Assembly (NCBI GenBank): GCA_005223085.1
Contig: NJBP01000006.1
Span: 1-59,586, forward strand
Length of the DNA stretch: 59,586 nt
Direction of reading: 5' to 3'
From: Candidatus Aerophobetes bacterium Ae_b3b
GTDB taxonomy: Bacteria > Aerophobota > Aerophobia > Aerophobales > AE-B3A
Shown: one piece after another, positions 1 to 9,554 of the stretch
How positions within the stretch are numbered: the first letter of the stretch is position 1
Layout: each line of letters opens with the position of its first letter
Position numbers and translations under genes: made by a program
Notes under the pieces: model-generated
Told to the model about the DNA's origin: nothing
Database searches by the model: none
The model's input: only the letters and a program-made list of their open reading frames with translations

Positions 1-228
1 GTGAGTCTTTGTCCTCAAAGAGCCATAAGCATTGTCTGGGGCAAGGCTGATATTAACCAGGCAAGATGCACCAACTGTCATTGGTGCCAGGAGATCTGCT
101 CTACGGGGGCAATTAAAGAAGAGGTTAAAGCCATTTCCTTAGATGAACTAAAACTGATCTTCCAAAATTTGGAAGAAGAAATAAACAAAACCGTGCAAAG
201 GCTCAAAAAGCTAGAAAATAAAAGATAA
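1..228 (+). CDS. 4Fe-4S dicluster (ferredoxin-like) protein with C-terminal coiled coil, 5'-partial
   Basis: CTNCHWCQEICS CxxCxxCxxxC motif plus an upstream ..LCP..AI remnant of the first cluster; runs off the window edge. Confidence 0.75.
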   Translation: MSLCPQRAISIVWGKADINQARCTNCHWCQEICSTGAIKEEVKAISLDELKLIFQNLEEEINKTVQRLKKLENKR

Positions 229-237
229 AATGTAAGA

Positions 238-443
238 ATGAAAACCTACTTGGATTGTATCCCTTGTTTCTTCAGGCAGGGACTGGAGGCTGCTCGAATG
301 GTCACAGAGGATGAGGGAAACCAAGGGATCTAGGATGCAAGGCAGGGGATATAGTCCTAAAAGGACAAGTTACCAGCGCTGCTATTCATTCAGTCAGTTT
401 TCAAAGGAGAGATCTGGAGGCAGGTGTTAAACTTGAGTTTTAA
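238..443 (+). pseudogene. DUF89/ARMT1-like damage-control phosphatase remnant (N- and C-termini joined, middle deleted)
   Basis: 238-333 reads MKTYLDCIPCFFRQGLEAARMVTEDE*, a typical DUF89 start. A shifted frame from 324 reads RDLGCKAGDIVLKG, a typical DUF89 end. Confidence 0.65.
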
Positions 444-458
444 CTAGAGGAGACTAAT

Positions 459-716
459 ATGGGAACGAAAAGGTATCCCCGGGTCATTTTATTCTCTTCA
501 GGATCCTGTCCCTGGTGTAGTCGAACCAAGAGTTATCTTCGCCAGAAAGGAATCAGGGTAAAAGAGGTAAGAGTGGATAAGGACCCGGATGCCGCTAAAG
601 ATGTAGTAAGAATGACCGGTCAGATGGGTGTACCGGTTCTTTTAATCGGCACGACAAAAATGGTGGGATTTGATAAGGGAAGAATAGATCGACTGTTAGG
701 ATTAAAAAGAAGCTAG
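459..716 (+). CDS. Glutaredoxin-like protein (NrdH/YruB family)
   Basis: CPWC active site, GQMGVPV motif, GGAG RBS. Confidence 0.9.
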   Translation: MGTKRYPRVILFSSGSCPWCSRTKSYLRQKGIRVKEVRVDKDPDAAKDVVRMTGQMGVPVLLIGTTKMVGFDKGRIDRLLGLKRS

Positions 717-925
717 AAAGGAGAAAGACATGTCAGAGATGACATTTTTGGAGTAGAGAAGCTAAAGTTGAAGCTTAGACATCATCCAGTTAAAATCACT
801 TTTCAGTCAGAACCGGCACATAAAGCGATTTTCTGAAGATTGGCTAGGGAAAGGTAAAAGACTCTCAGGTAAGAATTATCAAAAGACTTAATCAGAATGA
901 GAGGGGTGCATTAGTTGAGGGGATA

Positions 926-2125
926 ATGATGGAAAGGAGTGAGAGGACATCCTTATTTTCAGTAGGAATGAATATCATCCTGTTTTTTCTTAAGTATTTT
1001 TTAGGGGTATTTTCAGGAAGTCTCGCTCTAATAGCCGACTCTATACATTCTATCTCTGATGTCATTGGCTCAGTAGCAGTTTTTATCGGCCTAAAGATTT
1101 CTAAGAGGAAAAGCAAAGCTTTCCCCTACGGACTCTATAAAGTGGAAAATCTAATTGCCCTAGTTAGCTCCCTTCTCATTTTCTTCGCCGGTTACGAGAT
1201 CATTACCTGGGCAGTCAAGGGCAAGGGAGCCCCTCTGCTAAAGAATTTATCCCCTACCCTAGCAGGTATTCTTTCGATTTTGGTCATCGTCTACGGTTTC
1301 ATGCGATACGAAAGAAAGATAGCCAAGTCGACCGGCTCTCCCTCGCTTGCCGCTGATGCTGAAGAGTACAAAACAGATTTATATTCCACTCTAGTGATTC
1401 TGGGTAGTTTTCTAGGTAGTTTTCTCGGGATACATCTGGACCGAATCGCCTCCGTTATAGTCTCAGTATTTATCTTTAAGGCCGGCGGAGTGCTTTTCAT
1501 AAATGCGATCAAGGTCTTACTAGATGCTTCGCTCGATTTTGCAACTCTGGACAAGGTCAAAAGTGTTATATTAAAAGAGCCCCGGGTGGATGAGTTAAAG
1601 TCACTTACCGGAAGAAATTCCGGTAGATACAAGTTCATTGAGGCAGATGTTACTCTTAGGGTGACAGATCTAGAAAGAGCACACCAAATAAGCCAGAGAT
1701 TAGAAGAGAAGATAAGAAAAGATATTCCCTACGTAGATCACATCCTCATCCACTATGAGCCTATCAAAAAGGAATTCAGCCATATTGCCATTCCCTGCAT
1801 AGCCAAAGACAACCAAGTAAGTGAACACTTTGGTGAGGCACCTACTTTTCTTATACTAACGGTAAAGTTTAAGGATAATTCCTTAGTCCGGCAAAATAGT
1901 TTGACGAACCCTTATCTATTAGAAGAGAAAGGAAAGGGCATACTGGTAGCTGAGCTTTTAGTGAAAAACGGTGTGGACAGGGTGGTGGTAAGGGAAAAAT
2001 TCCGTGGCAAAGGACCAGAATATGTCTTTCGGGAGGCTGGCGTGGAGGTTACCGTCACCAAGAAATCTGATTTAAAAAAGGTAATGGCTGAATTGAAAAT
2101 AAAGGCCGGTCTAGTAGCTGATTAA
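926..2125 (+). CDS. Cation diffusion facilitator (FieF-like) fused to a C-terminal NifB/NifX-type domain
   Basis: SLALIADSIHSISD and FPYGLYKVE CDF motifs, dimerisation domain ending IHYEP, then SEHFGEAPTF NifX-like motif. Confidence 0.88.
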   Translation: MMERSERTSLFSVGMNIILFFLKYFLGVFSGSLALIADSIHSISDVIGSVAVFIGLKISKRKSKAFPYGLYKVENLIALVSSLLIFFAGYEIITWAVKGKGAPLLKNLSPTLAGILSILVIVYGFMRYERKIAKSTGSPSLAADAEEYKTDLYSTLVILGSFLGSFLGIHLDRIASVIVSVFIFKAGGVLFINAIKVLLDASLDFATLDKVKSVILKEPRVDELKSLTGRNSGRYKFIEADVTLRVTDLERAHQISQRLEEKIRKDIPYVDHILIHYEPIKKEFSHIAIPCIAKDNQVSEHFGEAPTFLILTVKFKDNSLVRQNSLTNPYLLEEKGKGILVAELLVKNGVDRVVVREKFRGKGPEYVFREAGVEVTVTKKSDLKKVMAELKIKAGLVAD

Positions 2126-2438
2126 AGATAAAACCCACCATTTTTCAAGCCTGCAAGAAGAGTCGTTTGGTTTCATTACCGGAGGCTGCCAAGCTCGAGT
2201 CCAAAAAACTGGGTGGATCTATCTCTCCTACCTCATATAATCGCATCACTGTGGGTTTTGTGGCAGTAATTTGGAGAAACTCATTACCATCGCTGGAAAC
2301 TTGGTGGGTCAATCTGGATCGCCGACTGGGTGATGATTGCCTCAAGGCTGTCAACGGAAAATCGCTTTAGTTCGGCCACTTGCTCCGACGATTGAGAACA
2401 GCCAACCATTGAGGCTCAAGGATTTTTGGTAGATTCTG

Positions 2439-3926
2439 TTAAGAGCTCTTGAAAACGGAGTCAAAGAGATCAAAGAATTTGGCTATGCGTTTTTCCGGTG
2501 GTGGTGAAGTTAAATAACTAACTACTATGAGAGTAGCCGTTGCCACAATTAAACTGGGCAGGATGGGTAAAGATCCTAATGAAAACCCTTTGGGGAGAAC
2601 TCCATAAATAAGCAAAACGGCCACTGCCTCGCCGGTGAGGATGGAGCTAATCGCCCCCCATTTAGTGGCTCTTTTCCAGTAAAGGGCAGCAATAGTTGCT
2701 GGATAAAGCACTCCTATCCCGGTAAATGCAGAAGCGGTGATAGCGACCAGAGTGGAGACCGGCCTTAAAGCAATAACGAACCCAAATACACATAAAATTA
2801 TCGTTATTATCCGTCCCATTGTCACCTGGTGCTGGCTAGTGGCCTTTTTATTGATGAAGGGAACGTAAAGATCTCGGGTGAGGATTGAGCTCAGGGCAAG
2901 CACCTGAGAGTCTGCCGTGGAAATTAATGCGGCAAGCGATCCAGAGAGGATGATGGCTACCAGCCAGGCTGGAGCAAACTTGACCATTAAGAGAGGAAGA
3001 ATTTTATCCACCGCCGGTCCCTCCAGGCCCGGGATAACGGTATACCCCATGGCTCCAATCCAGACGGGGAAAAAGAAGACCACTAAACACACCAAGGGGA
3101 ACAGAATCATCATTCGCTTGATGACGTTTACATTTTTGGGAATATACATCCGCATCCAAAGATGAGGCATCAAAGGATCAGCCACCACCCACAGCAAAAG
3201 AAAACCAAACCACACCCCAGGAGAGAAAAACTCTCCCACCCCCGGTCTTGAAAGATGCTCTGGGCTTTCGGCGGCAAGCCTTTCCACCACCGAAGGCAAC
3301 CCCCCCACGTTTTTAACCACCAGGCCAAAGGCTATAGCCAGACATCCCAGCATCATTATTCCCATGAAGGTATCGGTCCAGGCAACACTTCTCATGCCTC
3401 CTAAAATCAAAACAATCATAAAAAGAGTGATAAGACCTGCTCCGGCAACATAAGGAATCACTCCCTGGGATAACTCCTCCAGGACATATCCGGCTCCCAT
3501 AGCTTGAACGGCCAGATAGGGCAGGACAAAGATCACCATTACCACGGCATAAATTATTTGCAGCTCTTTACCGAACCGATCTTTTATTAACTCTGGAGGT
3601 GAGACATATCCGAATTTTTTACCCAGGAGCCATACCCGGTATCCAAACACGTAGAAGTTTATGGAGATGAGAGCCGTTCCCACCCCGATTGGTCCATACC
3701 ATCCCAGCCCTCGGCTATATCCCCATCCGGCACATCCCAGGAAAGTGAAAGCACTGCAAAGGGTAGCAAAATAGGTAAAGAGAGTAACGAAGCTGCCCAT
3801 AGTTCTACTTGCGGCAAAATAATCCTCTACAGTTTTTCTGCCAATTCGGTAGCCATAAAGTCCTAGAAAAGCTATTAAGGCCAGGAAAGTTATAAGAATG
3901 GCAAGTGAGGTAGTAATCTCGGACAC
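2439..3926 (-). CDS. Sodium:solute symporter (SSS family)
   Basis: About 13 TM segments; SAFTFLG, GGMRSVAWTD and AALISTADS motifs; GTG start at 3926 chosen from RBS and adjacency to the upstream small gene. Confidence 0.9.
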   Translation of the reverse strand: MSEITTSLAILITFLALIAFLGLYGYRIGRKTVEDYFAASRTMGSFVTLFTYFATLCSAFTFLGCAGWGYSRGLGWYGPIGVGTALISINFYVFGYRVWLLGKKFGYVSPPELIKDRFGKELQIIYAVVMVIFVLPYLAVQAMGAGYVLEELSQGVIPYVAGAGLITLFMIVLILGGMRSVAWTDTFMGIMMLGCLAIAFGLVVKNVGGLPSVVERLAAESPEHLSRPGVGEFFSPGVWFGFLLLWVVADPLMPHLWMRMYIPKNVNVIKRMMILFPLVCLVVFFFPVWIGAMGYTVIPGLEGPAVDKILPLLMVKFAPAWLVAIILSGSLAALISTADSQVLALSSILTRDLYVPFINKKATSQHQVTMGRIITIILCVFGFVIALRPVSTLVAITASAFTGIGVLYPATIAALYWKRATKWGAISSILTGEAVAVLLIYGVLPKGFSLGSLPILPSLIVATATLIVVSYLTSPPPEKRIAKFFDLFDSVFKSS

Positions 3927-3934
3927 TTTATCCC

Positions 3935-4174
3935 CTATTTCTCCGGAGGTTTTGGCCAATAAAACCTGGCAAAGGCAGCGGCAATAACAACGTAGGCTAT
4001 TATAAGCAAGACATCGTAAAGAAACCAACCCGGAAGCCAACCCCCTATCAATGGGCGGTGGCTGCCCCATGACCAGAAATCATGGTACAATATGAATATA
4101 ATGGCGAAAAGGATATACCAGATGAGAGCTTTCTTGGTATGAGGTAGCCAGAAAGGTAAGCCTTTTTTCTTCAT
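3935..4174 (-). CDS. Small 2-TM SSS-associated membrane protein (DUF3311/DUF997-like)
   Basis: Two hydrophobic helices, HDFWSW..P.IGGWLP pattern, immediately upstream of the SSS gene. Confidence 0.75.
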   Translation of the reverse strand: MKKKGLPFWLPHTKKALIWYILFAIIFILYHDFWSWGSHRPLIGGWLPGWFLYDVLLIIAYVVIAAAFARFYWPKPPEK

Positions 4175-4219
4175 AGATTTGGATGCTTGGCGTCTTTGAG
4201 GAAGATTTCCTGATTCGGG

Positions 4220-5308
4220 TTACATTCGCTGTACCAGTCCCTCAATATCTACATACTGACTCACCAGCTTCTCGGTTTCTTTTACTTTATCCTCATCAGT
4301 GGAGCGAATTTTGACTCTTCGCTCATGGATTCTCTTGGTGGTGGTGTAGGTATCGTTTCCCGAGGCCAGTATAGAAAAATTGCAACTTTTCATCAATCTC
4401 CGAATCTTTATATGGGGAGCGAATCCCCCAGTAAGAACCATCCCGGCAACTTCAAAATTATCCTCTATTTCCGATTTACTTCCCGCGATAATGGCAAGGA
4501 TAATGTCATCTCTATCTCCCGGAACAATGACGAGACTGTGAGACTTGATGTGTCCCAGAGCATGATAAGGTTCCATGGCCGCAACCAATATATTGACTAC
4601 CTTGTTGTCGAGATATTCTTCTCCACAAAGGACCCTACTTTGGCTGGCTTCCTGGATTTGTTCCATGGTGGGATAGGTCAAGGATTGCTGGAAGGGTATT
4701 ACACCAAACAACTTAATTCCTTTTCTTTCCAGGCCCTTTTGAGTTATGGCTTTTATTTTATCGTATTTAGCAGGGAGAACCTTATTGATAACCACACCCA
4801 GCACTTCAACCCCTTCTTGATCAAAAAGAGCTTTATTTATAACAATTTCATCAATGGGTCGGCCAATTCCTCCAATGGATATGAGAAGAACTTTTGATCC
4901 CAATAGTTTTGCTACCGAGGCATTAGAAAGGTCAATCACCGCTCCCACTCCGGCATGTCCGGTTCCCTCGATAAGTATTAGTTCCTTTCCTTTACGTATT
5001 CTTTCAAAAGCGCCCCGGATCTGCTGAACTAGTTTTTCTTTGTTCCCTCTCTCAATGTACTCTTCAGTAAATCCCTTTTTCACAACGATAGGATTCATGT
5101 CTCCCAGATTATCTTTCATTCCACAGACATCCCTCATCAGAGCCACATCTTCGTCTATTTCATACCCCTCTCTCAGGATGTAGTGTTGGCCCACTGGCTT
5201 CATAAAGCCTGCCTTAGGAAATTTCTTTCTAAGAGCTTGAAGAAGTCCTAGAGAAAGGGTAGATTTACCATCGTTTTGTCTCGTAGCTGCGATAAATAGT
5301 GATTTCAT
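4220..5308 (-). CDS. Phosphotransacetylase-family N-terminal protein (BioD-like AAA_26 plus DRTGG domain)
   Basis: DGKST P-loop, GFMKPVG, IEGTGH, PGDRDD and LTGG motifs; no PTA catalytic domain. Confidence 0.85.
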   Translation of the reverse strand: MKSLFIAATRQNDGKSTLSLGLLQALRKKFPKAGFMKPVGQHYILREGYEIDEDVALMRDVCGMKDNLGDMNPIVVKKGFTEEYIERGNKEKLVQQIRGAFERIRKGKELILIEGTGHAGVGAVIDLSNASVAKLLGSKVLLISIGGIGRPIDEIVINKALFDQEGVEVLGVVINKVLPAKYDKIKAITQKGLERKGIKLFGVIPFQQSLTYPTMEQIQEASQSRVLCGEEYLDNKVVNILVAAMEPYHALGHIKSHSLVIVPGDRDDIILAIIAGSKSEIEDNFEVAGMVLTGGFAPHIKIRRLMKSCNFSILASGNDTYTTTKRIHERRVKIRSTDEDKVKETEKLVSQYVDIEGLVQRM

Positions 5309-5569
5309 CCCCCACCTTCTCTGTCGAGGGTATTTGGCCTCTCGACTCCACTATCGAGTAATTCAGACTTTTGAACTATCAGACGAAATTCAACAAAGGG
5401 ATTATATCAGCCTCGATACGCTCTGTCAATTTTTAGCTGGACTGCCATTGTTGATTTCATGGTTTTACAAATTCCTCATTCATGCTATAATAATTAGCTC
5501 CAACCACTACTTTGCAAAGAATTCATGAGATTTATACGCGTATTGAGGGGAAGAGTCCCGAGATATTTC

Positions 5570-5598
5570 TTGACTTTGATTCTTGAGCTGGCTATAAT
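5570..5598 (+). promoter_or_regulatory. Sigma70-type promoter
   Basis: TTGACT-17-TATAAT upstream of the DUF2062 gene. Confidence 0.6.
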
Positions 5599-5688
5599 TG
5601 GACTATCCTAAAGACTGACCACAAAAAAAGAGGACGATAAAAATAAGAATCAACCTAGAGTACGGTTTTGAATATAGAGGAAGAAAAA

Positions 5689-6171
5689 ATGAGGGCCAAA
5701 AGGTGGTTTTCTTTATCTGGTCTTAAAACGCTCATCAAGAAACTGGTGCGAGTCGATGATTCTCCAAAAAGAATAGCCCGAGGAGTGGCCATTGGTGTTT
5801 TTTGGGGAATCCTTCCTACCTTTGGATTCGCTATACTCTTTTCCTTACCTACGGCAGTCCTTTTTAGGGCAAACAAATTCTCCGCTATTCTGGGTACTTT
5901 CGTTGCCAATCCTTTCACCACACCCTTTATATACGCCTTTGAATATAAAATTGGTCAGCTAGTTTTGAGAGCTACTCCCTTGCCTTTTTCCTGGAGTCTT
6001 TTCAGATTAGAAAATCTACTAAACTTAAGTAGATCGCTTTTAGTGGGAAGCTTCCTTTTAGCCACCGGTATGACACTCCTAACTTATTTTTTAACCTTCA
6101 GGATTGTCCTTGGGTACAGGAGAAAAAAGTCATTAAAAGCGACATCCAGCAAAATGGCCCCTGGTCTATAA
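5689..6171 (+). CDS. DUF2062 family membrane protein
   Basis: [23 protein letters not shown] and NPFTTPFIY motifs. Confidence 0.85.
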   Translation: MRAKRWFSLSGLKTLIKKLVRVDDSPKRIARGVAIGVFWGILPTFGFAILFSLPTAVLFRANKFSAILGTFVANPFTTPFIYAFEYKIGQLVLRATPLPFSWSLFRLENLLNLSRSLLVGSFLLATGMTLLTYFLTFRIVLGYRRKKSLKATSSKMAPGL

Positions 6172-7194
6172 AGGTAACTCTGTCTGTCTTTCTTCCTGCT
6201 TTCTTTTCTTGAAATATTGATATAGAAGGTGGGTAGCCACTCTTCCCTTGGGAGTGCGATTGATAAATCCTTCCTGAACCAGATAAGGCTCGTAGACCTC
6301 CTCAATAGTTTCAGGCTCCTCATTTACCACCATGGCCAACGTTTTCAGTCCTACCGGCCCTCCATTGAATTTATAGAGGATGGTCTCCAGAATCTTTCGA
6401 TCCATGCTGTCGAGGCCCTTTCCATCTACCTCCAGCATAGCCAGGGCCTGATTGGCCATTTTTTGGGTTACAATGCCCTCTCCCTTTACCTGGGCATAGT
6501 CTCTTACCCGGCGAAGAAGCCGATTAGCAATTCTGGGGGTACCTCGCGATCGACGAGCTATCTCCCGGGCACCCTTTAGCTCAATCTCTATCTTTAAAAT
6601 TGCCGCAGACCTCAGGACTATCTTATATAGATCTTGTTTTCCGTAAAAGTCCAGCCGGCTCACTACTCCGAATCTATTGCGTAAAGGGGAGGTAAGAAGT
6701 CCAGCTCTGGTGGTTGCTCCCACTAAGGTAAAGTGAGGAAGAGATAGTTTAACCGACCTGGTACGGGCCCCTTTTCCTAAAATTATATCTACTTTGAAGT
6801 CCTCCATAGCTGAATAGAGCACTTCCTCAACTTGGGGCGGAAGGCGGTGAATTTCATCTATGAAAAGGACATCTCCATCCTGAAGTTCGGTATTGGTAAG
6901 GATCTTAGCTAGATCACCGGGACGATCTATAGCTGAACCACTTATAGATTGAATCCCCCCTTCCATCTCGTTGGCAATGATATAAGCCAGGGTGGTTTTT
7001 CCCAGACCGGGAGGTCCGTAAAGGAGGGTGTGGTCTAGAGCGTCACCTCGCTGTTTTGCCGCCTGGATGAAAATCCCTAGATTTTCCTTTATTCTACTCT
7101 GTCCAACGAACTCCGCCATCTTCTGGGGACGAAGGATAAATTCAAATCCACTTTCTTCTTCCTGCAGAATAGGGATACTGATCCTTTCTTCCAT
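6166..7194 (-). CDS. ruvB: Holliday junction branch migration helicase RuvB
   Basis: [46 protein letters not shown]. Confidence 0.98.
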   Translation of the reverse strand: MEERISIPILQEEESGFEFILRPQKMAEFVGQSRIKENLGIFIQAAKQRGDALDHTLLYGPPGLGKTTLAYIIANEMEGGIQSISGSAIDRPGDLAKILTNTELQDGDVLFIDEIHRLPPQVEEVLYSAMEDFKVDIILGKGARTRSVKLSLPHFTLVGATTRAGLLTSPLRNRFGVVSRLDFYGKQDLYKIVLRSAAILKIEIELKGAREIARRSRGTPRIANRLLRRVRDYAQVKGEGIVTQKMANQALAMLEVDGKGLDSMDRKILETILYKFNGGPVGLKTLAMVVNEEPETIEEVYEPYLVQEGFINRTPKGRVATHLLYQYFKKRKQEERQTELPL

Positions 7195-7313
7195 TATCCT
7201 CCCTTTAATCTCACCAGGCTGGATTTATAGTGTCTTTTCGAAGGCATCCCCATACTATTTTAATCATTAGTAAAGCGCGAAATCGTTTCTCTCATTCTGA
7301 TCCCTGACTCTTG

Positions 7314-7889
7314 TTATATATGCCTTAGAGCTTCCCGGATTAATCCGGCTAAATCTACTCCTTCTTCAGTTGATCTCAGAGCTTCTTTTACCGCCTTTTC
7401 GGCTTCTTTTCGGGTATATCCCAGGGAAATCAGCGCGGACAGGGTATCCTTGGTTATAGTTTCTTTGCCCGGCTCCACTATCTCCTCTTCTTCAACTCTT
7501 TCTTTCAATTCTAGAATTAACCTTTGGGCAGTTTTACCTCCTATGCCAGGAACATGAGTTAAGGTGGCTAGATCTCCCTTTTTTATAGCCCTCTTGAACT
7601 CAGAAGGTGAAATCCTGGAGACAATCCGCAAAGCCGACTTAGGACCTATTTTAGAAATCGAGATGAGGAGGCCGAAGAAGTCTCTCTCCTCCTGGGTAAC
7701 AAAACCATACAGGGTAAGTCCATTCTCTCGCCAATGTAGATAGGTATTTATCTTTATTTCTTTTCCTTCTGGAGGAAGGAGATCGAAGCTGGATAAGGGT
7801 ATATTAATTTCGTATCCCACTCCTCCGACCTCCACAATGATAAAGGCAGGAGATTTATACTTGAGGATCCCTTTAAGGTAATGGATCAT
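7314..7889 (-). CDS. ruvA: Holliday junction DNA-binding protein RuvA
   Basis: GGVGYEI, LYGF, IGPKSAL and VPGIGGKTAQRLILELK HhH motifs, ALISLGY. Confidence 0.97.
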   Translation of the reverse strand: MIHYLKGILKYKSPAFIIVEVGGVGYEINIPLSSFDLLPPEGKEIKINTYLHWRENGLTLYGFVTQEERDFFGLLISISKIGPKSALRIVSRISPSEFKRAIKKGDLATLTHVPGIGGKTAQRLILELKERVEEEEIVEPGKETITKDTLSALISLGYTRKEAEKAVKEALRSTEEGVDLAGLIREALRHI

Positions 7890-7897
7890 TGGCTAGC

Positions 7898-8101
7898 CTA
7901 TTTATAGACAGTAATACTCACATCCGGACAGACGAGTGCACACAAGCTGCATCCAGTACAGTCTCCTGGATTTTTAAAGACTGCCGGATGGTAGCCTTTG
8001 TCATTAAAATTAGAATCAAGCTGGATTAAGTTTTTGGGACAGAACTTGACGCAGAAACCGCATCCCTTGCATCTCTTAGCATCAATTTCGATTTTGGGCA
8101 C
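7898..8101 (-). CDS. 2[4Fe-4S] ferredoxin, 2-oxoacid:ferredoxin oxidoreductase delta-subunit type
   Basis: CKGCGFCVKFCP...N.KGYHP...CTGCSLCALVCPD; GTG start at 8101 or 8104 is more plausible than the ORF-track start. Confidence 0.85.
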   Translation of the reverse strand: MPKIEIDAKRCKGCGFCVKFCPKNLIQLDSNFNDKGYHPAVFKNPGDCTGCSLCALVCPDVSITVYK

Positions 8102-8235
8102 CACTGTTCTTCTCTTCCTGTAAAAGAAACGAGATATTACTGTCGTAAATGAATCTCCATTTTCCACACTATCACATAAATACAGAAAAGTCAAGGCAGA
8201 AAAGAGAAAGACAATGAAAAAACAAGACAGACATC

Positions 8236-8263
8236 TTGACACTTTTAAAAAATTGTTTATAAT
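8236..8263 (+). promoter_or_regulatory. Sigma70-type promoter
   Basis: TTGACA-16-TATAAT upstream of the RpiR regulator. Confidence 0.55.
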
Positions 8264-8289
8264 AAAACTAAGTTCCTTCTATATCTTTT

Positions 8290-9183
8290 TTGAAAGAATT
8301 GAGTTCTATGCCCAGAAGAGCCTTAAGCAAAACCAGGGGTCCACAGAGGAAAGAAGGCACATTATTAACGAGTATTCGCTCAATATATCCTTCTTTGTTC
8401 TCCGCAGAAAAAAAGGTAGCTGACTTAATCTTAAAACGGCCTCAAAAGGTTGTACATCTTCCTATAGGAGAAGTTGCTAGAAGAAGCGGCGTGGCAAAAT
8501 CAACTGTGGTAAGATTTTGTCGCTCTCTTGGGCATAGCGGGTACAGTGAGTTAAAAATTTCTTTAGCCCAGGACTCAGTTCCCGAAGTAAAATACATTCA
8601 TCAAGATATAAAGCCAAAAGATGAGTCAGCTACAATTACGCAAAAAGTTTTCCATGCTAATATCCAGGGACTAGCCGATTCGTTGAAGATACTGGACCGT
8701 AAAGAAGTGAAGAAAGCAGTAGAGGATCTGGCTAATGCCAAAAAGGTTCTATTTTGTGGAGTGGGTACTTCAGCTCCAATAGCCGAAGAAGCTTACCATC
8801 GTTTTCTCTATTTAGGTATTCCCTGCGTATTTTCTGGAGACCCCCATCTTCAAATAGGACTGGCTCTGTCTTTAACGAAACAGGACGTTGCAGTGGGGGT
8901 CTCGCATAGCGGAAGTACCGAAGATACTCTCAAACCTCTTAGGTTAGCCAAGGAGAATGGTGCTACTGTTATATGCATTACCAACTATATTAACTCTCCT
9001 ATAGCTCAGCTTGCCGATATTAAGCTAATCACTTCTTTTCGGGAGATTATTTTTCGTATTGCTGCCATGGCTGCTCGGGTAGCCCAACTCACCATCATAG
9101 AGGCTTTATATGTAAATGTGGCCATAAAAATGAAAGATAAGGCTGTACGCAACATAGAAAAATTAGAGAAGTTGTTGAGGTGA
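8290..9183 (+). CDS. MurR/RpiR family transcriptional regulator
   Basis: HTH_6 (STVVRFCRSLGHSGYSELK) plus SIS domain (GVGTS, SHSGST); start may be 8308. Confidence 0.93.
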   Translation: MKELSSMPRRALSKTRGPQRKEGTLLTSIRSIYPSLFSAEKKVADLILKRPQKVVHLPIGEVARRSGVAKSTVVRFCRSLGHSGYSELKISLAQDSVPEVKYIHQDIKPKDESATITQKVFHANIQGLADSLKILDRKEVKKAVEDLANAKKVLFCGVGTSAPIAEEAYHRFLYLGIPCVFSGDPHLQIGLALSLTKQDVAVGVSHSGSTEDTLKPLRLAKENGATVICITNYINSPIAQLADIKLITSFREIIFRIAAMAARVAQLTIIEALYVNVAIKMKDKAVRNIEKLEKLLR

Positions 9184-9554
9184 GGAAAGAAAGTCGAGTT
9201 ACTTCCTTGTCAAATAAAGCTATGTGTAACGACATAATAACTTGCGCATATTTAAGTTTAATTTCGAATCAATAGAAAATCTCAAAGCAGTTTTAATTCC
9301 TTGTTTTACAAAACAGGTATAACCAAAGATGCATTTAGTATTATGCATAAATATTTAAGACGCTTCATATAATAAGGTAGGATGATAGATATGTTTGTAG
9401 GCAAAAAGCTGGAGATTAAGGCCGGAAAGGAGGTGAAAAAATAATTTTAGAAAGGAGGGTAACATTTTAGCGGAACGAAGTTGAAGCTCTAAAAGGGTAA
9501 AACAAGTTAAAAACTATAAGAACCAAAACAAACATATTAAGGAGGAGGAAAATT

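Noticed and set aside
730-756. Strong RBS followed by the mini-ORF MSEMTFLE*
   Set aside because: Too short to assign; may be another truncated gene start, but there is no supporting motif
2145-2430. Short ORFs between the CDF and SSS genes
   Set aside because: No RBS or recognisable motif in any frame I read
3927-4070. N-terminal extension of the SSS ORF in the track
   Set aside because: Overlaps the better-supported small membrane gene 3935-4174; the GTG at 3926 fits better
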